Under the pieces are notes generated by a model. That model did no database searches. It had not been told where the DNA came from and was given only the letters and a program-made list of their open reading frames with translations. DNA of 64,000 nucleotides from the NCBI GenBank assembly GCA_963836875.1, contig CAWIKZ010000004.1:48387-112386 (forward strand). Direction: 5' to 3'. The stretch is from an uncultured Acidobacteriaceae bacterium (lineage in GTDB: Bacteria; Acidobacteriota; Terriglobia; Terriglobales; Acidobacteriaceae). Shown piece by piece: positions 18,245 to 27,122 of this stretch; within the stretch, counting starts at the first letter, position 1, and every line of letters starts with the position of its first letter. The position numbers were made by a program, and so were the translations under genes.

Positions 18245-19486
18245 TCACTTCGGGGGCGCAGGGGCGTTCAGAAAACTCACCAGATCTCCGATGTCGGTAG
18301 CCTTCAGGATCGGCCAGGGGATGCCTAATTCCTCAGCCCGATCAATCATGCGGGGACCATGCCGCCAGAGAGCGGCGGTGAAGGAAACCGTGGTGAAAGC
18401 TTCGGTGTTCGACTTAAGCGCAGGCCCAATCTGTGTGCCCTCCGCCTTGTGGCCATGGCAAGCAGCGCAACCGCGCTCGGAGAAAACGCGCTCTCCGACC
18501 AAGGGAGACCCGGTGGGCTCGAAGTAGCGCAGGCTCGCCAGAAACGTTAGCAAATCCGCCATCTCGTTGCCCTGAAGAACGGGAGGAGGAACCCCGTTTT
18601 CGCGGCCTTGACGGAGCATCGCTGGGGCGTGGTTCCACAGAACACTGGCAAACTGCCCGGTTGTGAGTGGAAGATCACGCTCTGGTCCCAGTTCCGGACC
18701 CACGCTGCCACCCTGCCCGCGTACGGAATGGCACTGTATGCATCGGCCCTGAAACACACCCCAACCCCGCTCTGCATTGCCGGGTATTTGGCGTGCGTTG
18801 GCCGCTGGATGGGGAGAGCTGAGGCTTACATACGCGATCAGATCATTCATCTCATTACCAGTGAACTGGGGCCATTGTCCGATGGTGCTGGTAATAGGAG
18901 CAATCATCGACCCGGCATGGTTAAGCATGGCGCGTGTCCAGGCGTTCGAATCGCCATCGGCGGTGATCCCCGACAGCTCGGGCGCCTTTTTGCCACCCGT
19001 CCCGCCCACCGAATGGCAGCGGACACAGCCCTTCTCGTTGAATACCCGCTGGCCAGCGCTGGGGTCCCCGGCACGATCAAGGGTGCTCGCCTGGTACAAG
19101 TACGCAAGGATGTCCGCCATTTCTTGCGAGTTCAACTGGGGATAAGGCCCGTTCTTTTGGCGGATCTGCCGCCACATGCCGGGTCCATGGTTCCACAATA
19201 CCGTCACCAGCCAGCCCATGGCGGGAGTACCGGGGTGCTTTCCGGAGAGGTCCGGGGCGACGCGTCCCCCTGATCCGTTGATGGAATGGCAAATGCCGCA
19301 TTGCTTGTCACCAAAAAACAGCGCGGCGCCTTTGGCGGGATCACCGATAATGTAGAGTGCGCGGCGGGTAGTGGTCGGCCGGCGCACCTGCATGAACACG
19401 GCTACCATTAAGGCTACGGGAATCAGTGCTGCAGGGATCCAAAAGAGAAGCTCTTTGCGTCGATTTAGCGTTGTCATAGACAACAC
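18245..19486 (-). CDS. membrane-anchored cytochrome c with four tandem monoheme class-I-like domains
   Basis: N-terminal TM helix, then four CxxCH motifs (CGICH, CVRCH, CIQCH, CAACH). Each is followed by a WNH.P.M..-type segment and an EM.DL.A(Y/F)L helix. Colinear paralog of 23103..24413. Confidence 0.85.
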   Translation of the reverse strand: MLSMTTLNRRKELLFWIPAALIPVALMVAVFMQVRRPTTTRRALYIIGDPAKGAALFFGDKQCGICHSINGSGGRVAPDLSGKHPGTPAMGWLVTVLWNHGPGMWRQIRQKNGPYPQLNSQEMADILAYLYQASTLDRAGDPSAGQRVFNEKGCVRCHSVGGTGGKKAPELSGITADGDSNAWTRAMLNHAGSMIAPITSTIGQWPQFTGNEMNDLIAYVSLSSPHPAANARQIPGNAERGWGVFQGRCIQCHSVRGQGGSVGPELGPERDLPLTTGQFASVLWNHAPAMLRQGRENGVPPPVLQGNEMADLLTFLASLRYFEPTGSPLVGERVFSERGCAACHGHKAEGTQIGPALKSNTEAFTTVSFTAALWRHGPRMIDRAEELGIPWPILKATDIGDLVSFLNAPAPPK

Positions 19487-19585
19487 TCCTCTCTCACACC
19501 CAGTCCCTGAAATTGAGAACTCATCGCGGTTCAGGACGACCCACTGGGCGGTCCAGGACGCCGGTGAATCGCAGAGTGGGGCCCC

Positions 19586-20853
19586 TCACTTCTGTTCCAA
19601 TCTCCTGATATAGAACCCCAGCCCCACCAGCGTGAGGGCGATCAGCACCAGCGATAGCCCCAGCCCGACACGCCGGAATCTCCATTCCTGCATCGCCTTC
19701 TGCCCAGCCACGTACGTCAGTTTTGTGGTCGCAAGTCCGGCATCGGTGTCCTGCTTCAATCCGCTGTCGCGGAAGGCATGCACCGCGACCCGCGCCTTCA
19801 ACAGGGCATCGCGCGCTTGTGTCTGCTGCAGCTTGGGCTGGCTGACTTCCATGCCCTGCCGTTCGGCCCGGCTGAGTAATTCGTCGGAGGCAGCAATCGC
19901 CGATGCCAGGTTCGTCAGTTGAGCATGCATGGCTTCCGCTTGCATGGAGCCGGCATCTCCCGCGGTGTGACAGTTCATGCACACGGCTTTGGGGCCGGCG
20001 CCGATCATTTCGTCGGTGGGAGCCTTGATTGCGTGATTGCTGTGGCAGGTGACACAACCCGGGAATCCCATCGCGGCGAACGCGTCCTTGTGCGGGCTGG
20101 TCTCAAACAACTGCGCCTGGAAGACGTGGCAATTCGAGCAGACATTGGTGACGTTGGCGACCCCTGGAGGTGTCGCTCCGTGGTTGCCATGGCAGGTAGT
20201 GCAGGTGGGCGCACTCAGGTCGCCTCGCACCACCATGGCATCATGGTGCACACTCTGCTCGTAGTTTGCGAACTGGTCGGTCTTGATGCCGTAGGGCTTC
20301 ATGTACTCGGCATCGGCATGACAACGCGAACAGGTGGTGGCGATGTTGATAGGATGCACTTTCGAGCGCGGATCCGACGGGGCGCGCAAGTCATGCACGC
20401 CGTGGCAATCGGTGCACACCGCGACCTTATTGTCGCCCTTGGCCCACTTCATTCCGTGCACGCTGGTCTTGTACTGCTGGAACTGATCGACGCGCAGGCT
20501 GGGGTTGTACTTCTTCATGCGCTCGGCATCGGCGTGGCACGAGGCGCAAAGTTCGGGAATCTGCTTACGCTCGATCTTGCCCTTCCATCCTGCCGCCCGG
20601 CTCATCGCCTTTTCCGGATCATCACTGCTGGCGTCGCCGCCATGGACGCCGCGCAGGTAAGCCCCTTCTGGGCGTGGATGTTCTGGCCGTAAGTCTCCAC
20701 GCTGACACCCAACGGCTCCGGCAAATTGGAATGGCAATCGAGACAGGAGTTCTTGGTCTGCGCGAAAGCTATCAGCCCGCTGCCAATCAGCCACGCAGCC
20801 ACAACGATTGCGGCCCCTAGCCTGCATGTCACGGAATCGCGAACCTTAATCAT
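19586..20853 (-). pseudogene. nonaheme c-type cytochrome with C-terminal TM anchor, interrupted by an apparent 1-nt frameshift inside the 2nd CxxCH motif
   Basis: ORF 20602..20853 carries a signal peptide, CLDCH and ...KGLTCAA. ORF 19586..20827 continues in another frame with ..VHGGDASSDDPEK.. followed by CASCH, CTDCH, CSRCH, CTTCH, CSNCH, CVTCH, CMNCH. Inserting one G at about 20645/20646 restores TGC GCG GCG TGC CAT = CAACH and a single reading frame of about 420 aa. Confidence 0.7.
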
Positions 20854-20859
20854 GCAGCC

Positions 20860-21948
20860 TCACTTTGCCACCCAGCCGTCGACGGTCATAACCGCCATGT
20901 AACCGAGAAAAACACAAGCTAACCCGGTGATCCAACGCCGTGTGTGGAAGGGCTTTTCACGGTCGAGAAAGGGCAGCATCAGTGCCGCAGCGCCGATCAA
21001 CCCAAACGCCAGGATGCCCAACATCTCGCCGTCCATGCCGAGGATCTTCGCAGGGATCAGCTTTAGGGTCTGGAACATGAAAAGGAAGTACCACTCTGGC
21101 TTGATGCCCGCCGGAGCTGAGGCAAACGGGTCGGCCTTCACCCCGAGGCCCCACGGAAACAGCGCCGCCAGCGCGCCGAGAAGCCCCAATGCCACGTACC
21201 AGGCCATCAATTCCCGCAGCACGAAGTTGGGGAAGAAGCGGATTTCCTTCCGGTCTTCAGGAGTGGCTCGCCACTTCGCTTCAACCCCGGGCGGCACGCT
21301 CATGCCGAACCACTGAATTAGCGCTAGATGCACGCCGATCAAGACGGTCGCCAGTGCCGGCAAGATCGCGACGTGAAACCCGTAGAGCCGCGTCAGCGTA
21401 CTACCGGTAATGTCTTCGCCTCCGCGGAGGAATAGTAGAACGGGACGCCCGATGATGGGGATTTGCGCTGGTATCTCGGTGCCCACCTTGGTCGCGAAAT
21501 ACGACAGCGTGTTCCAGGGCAACAGGTATCCACTGAAGCCGAAACCCAGCATCAGGAACAGCAGCAGTATGCCGCTCACCCAGGTCAGCTCGCGCGGCTT
21601 TCGGTAAGACCGCAGAAAGAGAACGCTGAAAAGGTGGGCGAAGGCCATGAACACCAACAGATTCGCCGACCACGAGTGCACCGACCGGATAAGCCATCCG
21701 AACTGCACCTGGGTCATGATGAACTGCACGCTCTCGAAAGCTTCGTCGGCTCCAGGACGGTAATACAGCAAAAGCAAAGCACCGGTGAGGACCTGCACCC
21801 CAAATAGGAACAGGGTCATGCCGCCGAGAAAATACCAGTACGAGTAATGGTGTACCGGGACCTTCTTCTTTTGCGCCAGCGCCTTGAGCTCGTCCAGAGG
21901 GAACCGTTCGTCGAACCATGCGCGAACGCTTGCAACCGGGCCCGCCAT
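20860..21948 (-). CDS. cytochrome b (b6 + subunit-IV-like fused) of a Rieske/cytochrome b complex
   Basis: [27 protein letters not shown]...[25 protein letters not shown]...[12 protein letters not shown]. The ATG at 21948 overlaps the Rieske stop (TGATG). Confidence 0.9.
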   Translation of the reverse strand: MAGPVASVRAWFDERFPLDELKALAQKKKVPVHHYSYWYFLGGMTLFLFGVQVLTGALLLLYYRPGADEAFESVQFIMTQVQFGWLIRSVHSWSANLLVFMAFAHLFSVLFLRSYRKPRELTWVSGILLLFLMLGFGFSGYLLPWNTLSYFATKVGTEIPAQIPIIGRPVLLFLRGGEDITGSTLTRLYGFHVAILPALATVLIGVHLALIQWFGMSVPPGVEAKWRATPEDRKEIRFFPNFVLRELMAWYVALGLLGALAALFPWGLGVKADPFASAPAGIKPEWYFLFMFQTLKLIPAKILGMDGEMLGILAFGLIGAAALMLPFLDREKPFHTRRWITGLACVFLGYMAVMTVDGWVAK

Positions 21949-22430
21949 CAAGCCTCCTGCTTACGTCGCACAAAGATTTCGTCGCCGCGGACTTGCACCT
22001 CGAAGGCCTCCAGCGGACGCGGTGGCGGCCCCGAAATGTTGCGGCCGTTCAGGTCGTACATCCCGTTGTGGCAGGCGCACCAGATCTCGCGCAGATCGGG
22101 ACGATACTGCACCGTGCAGCCCAGGTGGGTGCAGGTGGCTGACATGGCGCGATATTCGCCTGCGCTCGTCTCCACCAGCAACCCGGGACGGGTGCCGAAG
22201 CGAAACGTCTTCGCGGTATTGGGCTTCATCTCCGAAAGACGTGCCGCAAGTACGGCGTCGCCACCCAAGTCGGGAAGCTTGGGTGGGACCAGATAGCGCA
22301 AAACAGGATAGAGGAACGAGGCTGCCGAGGCCAGCAGGCCGGTTCCCAGCAGGATGTTGACAAAACGGCGGCTCGGCAAGTCCGCAGGTGCGGGCTTAGC
22401 CGGTGCGCCGGTATCGGGTGCCGACGACAT
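21948..22430 (-). CDS. Rieske [2Fe-2S] iron-sulfur subunit
   Basis: CTHLGCTV....CACHNGMY boxes, and an N-terminal TM/Tat-like region ([19 protein letters not shown]). Confidence 0.9.
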   Translation of the reverse strand: MSSAPDTGAPAKPAPADLPSRRFVNILLGTGLLASAASFLYPVLRYLVPPKLPDLGGDAVLAARLSEMKPNTAKTFRFGTRPGLLVETSAGEYRAMSATCTHLGCTVQYRPDLREIWCACHNGMYDLNGRNISGPPPRPLEAFEVQVRGDEIFVRRKQEA

Positions 22431-22444
22431 CGAAAACCTACCCC

Positions 22445-22753
22445 CTACTTGCCGAGCTCACGTACGTACTTCACCAGTCCGTCCACCTGCTCAGGTGTAA
22501 GGGTCTTGTAGGCCGGCATCTTGCCTTTGCCGTTGGTGATGGAGTTCTTCAGATCGGCGTCTGACTGCTTCTTAATATCAGGCGATTTGTAGCTCTTGAC
22601 GCCGAGTTTCTGCCCCATGGTGCTTCCCGTGCCGTCCGGCCCGTGACACATGGCGCATTTGGACTTGAAGAGAGCCGCGCTATCGGAATCCGCGAAACAA
22701 TTGACGGAGACGATAAAGGCGACGAGCAATAACCAAGGCGACATCCGTTTCAT
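22445..22753 (-). CDS. small soluble monoheme cytochrome c (class I)
   Basis: Signal peptide MKRMSPWLLLVAFIVSVNCFA, CAMCHG heme motif, and distal Met region GKGKMPAYK. Confidence 0.85.
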   Translation of the reverse strand: MKRMSPWLLLVAFIVSVNCFADSDSAALFKSKCAMCHGPDGTGSTMGQKLGVKSYKSPDIKKQSDADLKNSITNGKGKMPAYKTLTPEQVDGLVKYVRELGK

Positions 22754-22989
22754 TCAAACCCTCCCTAGGTACAGCGACTTTTAACTGCTAAAGATGTTGA
22801 GACCATGGCGGACTGCCGGCAGACGTAGAGCCAAACAGTCATAGGGTCACCGCTTTCTGCCCTGACGCAAGACGTACGTGAACGAGTTCCCCCTGCCACA
22901 TCCAAGAGAACGACCCAAAGCACCTTCGAACGAACGTTCATCTCTGTTGAAGGTGGCGGCAAGATAACATTCGCGATTCACACGAGGCA

Positions 22990-23003
22990 GTGATGCCAAT
23001 CAC
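22990..23003. promoter_or_regulatory. CRP/FNR-type palindrome GTGAT-GCCA-ATCAC
   Basis: Perfect 5-4-5 inverted repeat about 240 nt upstream of the cytochrome c/Rieske/cyt b operon start (22753). It has the same half-sites as the box at 25002-25017. Confidence 0.4.
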
Positions 23004-23102
23004 CAGCAGCTGTGATTGTGCTTCGCCAAACTAACTCGCGCCGTTCTCGGTCCGCACGGCACACGCAGCGAGGTCAGCGGGCGAGTTGATGTCCATCGCC
23101 AT

Positions 23103-24413
23103 TCATCGCTTATCCGGGACGGGGGAGCTGTTCAAGAAAGCCAACAAATGGCTCAGGTCTCCCTCGTTCAAAGTGGGCCATCCCAGACCCATCTCCTCGG
23201 CTTTCGCGTACATGCGCGGTCCATGAGACCACAGAGCCAGGGCGAAGTTCACCGGTGTATAGACCTTGCCGGCCTTCCTCAGGTTCGGGCCGATGCTTCC
23301 CCCACGCGCGTCGCTTCCATGACACTGGCTGCACTTGCGTTCGCTGAATAGCTCTTGTCCGACGATGGGTGAGCCTCCGAGCTCGAAATAGCGCACGCTA
23401 TAAAGGAATGCGATCAGATCGGCCATCTCCCCTCCCTCAAAAGTGGGGCGCTCGATGCCCTTGGTCTTCATGGCTGCCCACATCTCCGGAGAGTGATTCC
23501 ACATCAGGCCTGCCGTCTGGGTCAGAGTGCGAGGTAACGGGCGATCCGATCCGAGGTCGGGGCCTACGGTTCCGCCTTCGCCGCGAATGGCATGACAGGC
23601 GATGCATCCCTTTTCGCGAAACAAAGCCCAACCGCGGCGCGGGTTCGCTGGAAGTACGTCGGACTCCCGCTCTGGCCCCCCTCGGGCGTAGCGGATGAAG
23701 GCCAGCAGATCGTTCATCTGCTCTCCCTCAAATTGGGGCCAAGCCATGTTGAGTTCGTGCATGTGGGCTTGCATCGCCGGGGCATGGTTCCACATGGTTT
23801 GCGACCAAAAAATCGGCGTAACCACGGGACCGATTTCGCTCAGATTGGGCCCGATGCTGCCTCCCGCGTTTTCCCCGATTGAATGGCAGCGGATGCACCC
23901 TTTCTGTGTGAACAGGAGCTTGCCGTGGGCCCGGTCTCCCGACTCGTCGTCGTAGCAGGTGACATAGAGATAGGCAAACAGATTTGCCATCTCTTCGGGC
24001 GTAAACTGGGGGAAACTCACGCTGCTGATCTTCAGTTGTTTCCACATGCGTGGCGCGTGATTCCACATCTGGGTAACCAACTCGTTCATGCTGGATCCTG
24101 CCGCCCCCTGCAAACCCAGATCGGGAGCTAGCTTCGCGCCCGCGCCGAGAACGGAATGGCACCCGCTGCATCCCTTTTGCTGGAAGGTTTGTGCGCCCAT
24201 GCGTGGGTCGCCGACCAGAAAGGTGTTCCATCGCTCGGGTGAACCGCGCCGCTGCCAGACGAGAATGCCGAGCAGGACGAGCAGAGCTACAGTAGTTGCA
24301 ACAATCAATATTATTTTCTGCCGCCGGGAACTCATGCCTTCCCTCGATCGCTGAGATTCTTCTTGGACCTTTAGGCCGGATGCGTGTCGGGCTCCGGCCG
24401 GTTCATCACTCAT
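23103..24413 (-). CDS. membrane-anchored cytochrome c with four tandem monoheme domains (paralog of 18245..19486)
   Basis: TM helix IILIVATTVALLVLLGILVW, then CSGCH, CIRCH, CIACH, CSQCH with the same repeated WNH.P.MW / EM..L.A(F/Y)L pattern. Confidence 0.85.
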   Translation of the reverse strand: MSDEPAGARHASGLKVQEESQRSREGMSSRRQKIILIVATTVALLVLLGILVWQRRGSPERWNTFLVGDPRMGAQTFQQKGCSGCHSVLGAGAKLAPDLGLQGAAGSSMNELVTQMWNHAPRMWKQLKISSVSFPQFTPEEMANLFAYLYVTCYDDESGDRAHGKLLFTQKGCIRCHSIGENAGGSIGPNLSEIGPVVTPIFWSQTMWNHAPAMQAHMHELNMAWPQFEGEQMNDLLAFIRYARGGPERESDVLPANPRRGWALFREKGCIACHAIRGEGGTVGPDLGSDRPLPRTLTQTAGLMWNHSPEMWAAMKTKGIERPTFEGGEMADLIAFLYSVRYFELGGSPIVGQELFSERKCSQCHGSDARGGSIGPNLRKAGKVYTPVNFALALWSHGPRMYAKAEEMGLGWPTLNEGDLSHLLAFLNSSPVPDKR

Positions 24414-24529
24414 TCCACTAACCGCTCTACCTAGCGCGAAGGCACTAAGCTCGCACTTTGCAACCCAAGAGACGTAGCCGCAAAGGCCAGCCCGCGCAGC
24501 TGGCTACCCGATAACGCATTGGAATGTTG

Positions 24530-24967
24530 TCAGCCCGCTTCGGCCATCTGGCGGCACCGTTTCGCCAGAGCCGACTGGATGAAGGTAACCTCGCGTCCCA
24601 GCATGTCGGTTGCTTCGCGGCAGAGGTCGGGGCGCTCGCGCATGAGTTGCAGAAATTGTTCCCGCGGCAGGTGAACGATATCCGACCTGACCACCGTCAC
24701 GGCGGTCAGGCTGTACGGACGTCCGCTAAACGTGGCGGGCAATCCCAGCAGCGAGCCCCCAGAAAAAACTCTGTCCAGCTCGGGCAGGTTGCGCACACCC
24801 ATCAGCACCTTGCCCTTAAATACAAGGAACACACCCGCGCTTTCGCCATCCTCACGAAAGAGAACATGCGCCGGCGGCAGGTCTCGCTTACGACCCGCTG
24901 ATTCCAGGCCGGCTTTCAATTCGTCAGACACCTTCAGGATATTGCTCTTCACACCCACACTTTTCAT
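24530..24967 (-). CDS. cyclic-nucleotide-binding (Crp/Fnr effector-domain) protein lacking a DNA-binding domain
   Basis: 145 aa. HVLFREDGESAGVFLVFKGKVLMG...GGSLLGLPATFSGRPYSLTAVTVVRSDIVHLPREQFLQLM is a cNMP-binding beta-roll plus C-helix. The protein ends where the HTH of full-length Crp/Fnr proteins would begin. Confidence 0.7.
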   Translation of the reverse strand: MKSVGVKSNILKVSDELKAGLESAGRKRDLPPAHVLFREDGESAGVFLVFKGKVLMGVRNLPELDRVFSGGSLLGLPATFSGRPYSLTAVTVVRSDIVHLPREQFLQLMRERPDLCREATDMLGREVTFIQSALAKRCRQMAEAG

Positions 24968-25001
24968 TCAGGACTTATGCCACAACTGCGCACAGCACTT
25001 C

Positions 25002-25017
25002 TGTGATTCGAATCACA
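25002..25017. promoter_or_regulatory. perfect CRP-consensus palindrome TGTGA-TTCGAA-TCACA
   Basis: Lies in the divergent intergenic region, about 40 nt upstream of the cNMP-domain gene start (24967) and about 180 nt upstream of the ALDH gene start (25195). Confidence 0.45.
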
Positions 25018-25194
25018 GATAGCTGTGAGGAGGAAAATTGAAGAGCTGTACGGACCGCGCAAGCAGCTCGAAATCTGAGCCATAGCACCATTCAGCTCAG
25101 AAGTGTGCCGAGGCGCTTTTCGTTCAGGCCTAACCGGTTGTACATTACAACCAGCGCGGAAGTTTTATGTCCCTCGCAACGGAGTTGAGTGCTT

Positions 25195-26448
25195 ATGTCA
25201 TTCGCGGAGCGCTGTGAGCATGTGCTGGTGCTTGCCCATGCGCTCAAACAACACCATGGGGAAGTAGTCGATTGCGCCGTCCGCGACCTGCAATTTACGG
25301 TCAAGGACAGCACGCGCGAGGTGGATACCACGATCGATCGGCTCCGCATGTACGCGGATGCGGTATTTTTGCGGGACCGCTTGCCTTTGCGTTCCAGGGC
25401 GCGCGTCAATCTGATGCTGTCGTACAACGGCAGCGCATGGCTCAATACTGCGATCACGTCGATCTATATCGTCGGCAACCGGCTGACCGTGAAGTTTTCG
25501 TCGAAGGGGCAGCGCATCATGGCGTTGACGAAAGAGCTCTATCGGCCGATCTTCGGTGATGCCGTCGGGTTCTACGGCGGGACCGGCAAGAGCTTGCTTG
25601 AGGACTCGCTGACCGATCCCGAAGTGACCGCAGCGGTGGCGTTCGGATTCGACGAGAACATCCTGCCTTACGAAGCAGCCTTTCGTGCGGCGGGCAAGAA
25701 GCTGGTATTTGAGGGGCCGGGGCAGGACCCATTCATCGTATTCGCCGATGCCGACCTGGACTTGGCGCTGGACGACCTGATGGCATCGAAGTTCATGTAC
25801 TCGGGCCAGACCTGCACCGCGCCCAAGCGGATCTTCATCCAAGCCGGCATCTATCAGGAGTTCCTGGAGCGGTTTGTCGAACGTGTGCGGCGCTTGGTCG
25901 TGGGCGATCCGGCAGACAGCAAGACCGACATCGGGCCGGTCGCTAGCACGGTAGCGGTGCGGCGCCTCCACCAGCAAATGGCCGATGCCTTGGAGAAGGG
26001 CGCTACGGTGTTGGTGGGCGGCCGCATCGAAGGCAACCTGGTCTATCCCACCGTGGTGAAGGACTGCGCCGATAACATGCTGGGCATGCGCGAGGAGGTG
26101 TTCGCACCGGTGGCCTTCACGTCGTGCTTTGCGACCGCCGGCGAGGTGCTGCAACGCGCCAAGGACCACAAGTACGGATTACGCGCGGCGGTGTACGGCG
26201 GCAGCGAGGCGGCCGGGGTGGCAAAGGAGCTTTTGGGTTGCGCTTACTGCCATCCGGTGCCGGCATACACCTTTGGGAAGTTTGGTACCGTCGCCTATAA
26301 CCAGAGCCGTGCGGAGTCGTGGCGCGGGGCATTTATCACCAAGCCGGTCGGAGGATATGGCTATTCCGGTTGGATCTGGGAGACGGTCGATGGGCGCTTC
26401 CAGATCAAGCAGGGGCCAAAGTTGCTGAGCACGGAAACGTCACAGTGA
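25195..26448 (+). CDS. aldehyde dehydrogenase superfamily protein (short form)
   Basis: ORF 25189 (GTG); ATG 25195 follows GGAG. Catalytic-Cys region FMYSGQTCTAPKRIFIQ, FEGPGQDPFIVF, and EEVFAPV (equivalent to EEIFGPV). Confidence 0.8.
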   Translation: MSFAERCEHVLVLAHALKQHHGEVVDCAVRDLQFTVKDSTREVDTTIDRLRMYADAVFLRDRLPLRSRARVNLMLSYNGSAWLNTAITSIYIVGNRLTVKFSSKGQRIMALTKELYRPIFGDAVGFYGGTGKSLLEDSLTDPEVTAAVAFGFDENILPYEAAFRAAGKKLVFEGPGQDPFIVFADADLDLALDDLMASKFMYSGQTCTAPKRIFIQAGIYQEFLERFVERVRRLVVGDPADSKTDIGPVASTVAVRRLHQQMADALEKGATVLVGGRIEGNLVYPTVVKDCADNMLGMREEVFAPVAFTSCFATAGEVLQRAKDHKYGLRAAVYGGSEAAGVAKELLGCAYCHPVPAYTFGKFGTVAYNQSRAESWRGAFITKPVGGYGYSGWIWETVDGRFQIKQGPKLLSTETSQ

Positions 26449-26554
26449 CCTCGTCCCGATTGAAGGTCTGTGCGCACGACTGAAGAGGAAGATTCCTGCA
26501 AAGATCTACCGAGTGCACAATAGCGTTTCACGACAGAAGTAAGGAGATTGCCCC

Positions 26555-26956
26555 ATGCTGGAGATTGGAACCACGGCGGAAGCCGCCTACATTGCTGACG
26601 ACGATGATATGGCCAGCGCGTTTTGCCTTGCTGAACAGGATGTTTTCCCGCAGGTTTTTTCCACCGCGCGCATGATCGGCCTGATGGAGACGGCGGGGGC
26701 GCGCGCCCTGAGGCCGCTGCTGCAACCGGGCCAGCTTTCGGTCGGCGTACTGGTCAACATCAAGCATCTGGCGGCCACGCCCAACCACACCCAGGTTTCC
26801 GCCCAAGCCACGTTCCTCGGCATGGAAGGCAAACTCTACAAGTTCAAGATCGAAGCCTTCGATCCTGGGGGCAAAATTGGCGAAGGTGAGCACACCCGCG
26901 CCATTATTAGTGAGGAACGGCTGATGCAAGGGGCGAAGGCGCGCGTCGGTCGCTAA
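26555..26956 (+). CDS. hotdog-fold acyl-CoA thioesterase, FlK-like family
   Basis: AAGGAG Shine-Dalgarno sequence. VFSTARMIGLMETAGARAL...SVGVLVNIKHLAATP...GKLYKFKIEAFDPGGKIGEGEHTRAII. Paralog of 44208..44612. Confidence 0.7.
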   Translation: MLEIGTTAEAAYIADDDDMASAFCLAEQDVFPQVFSTARMIGLMETAGARALRPLLQPGQLSVGVLVNIKHLAATPNHTQVSAQATFLGMEGKLYKFKIEAFDPGGKIGEGEHTRAIISEERLMQGAKARVGR

Positions 26957-27122
26957 GGTGAGACAGTGGGGTGAGGTCCTTTTTCTCTGCTCGCTCTGAT
27001 CCCACGATTCTGCGCCGGTGTACGCTTTTCTTCCGCCTGGGCGCTTTCTCACTGGCGCCAAGTGGGATACAGTGTTGTATCTGTCCGCTGGCTCCAGGCT
27101 AGGCGGCCAAAGAGAACCTGCG

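Noticed and set aside
20602-20853. Treating the 83-aa ORF as an independent small monoheme cytochrome gene.
   Set aside because: It ends 11 codons after a broken C-A-A-(C)-H motif and overlaps the long downstream ORF by 226 nt. A single-base correction fuses them seamlessly, so one disrupted gene is the simpler reading.
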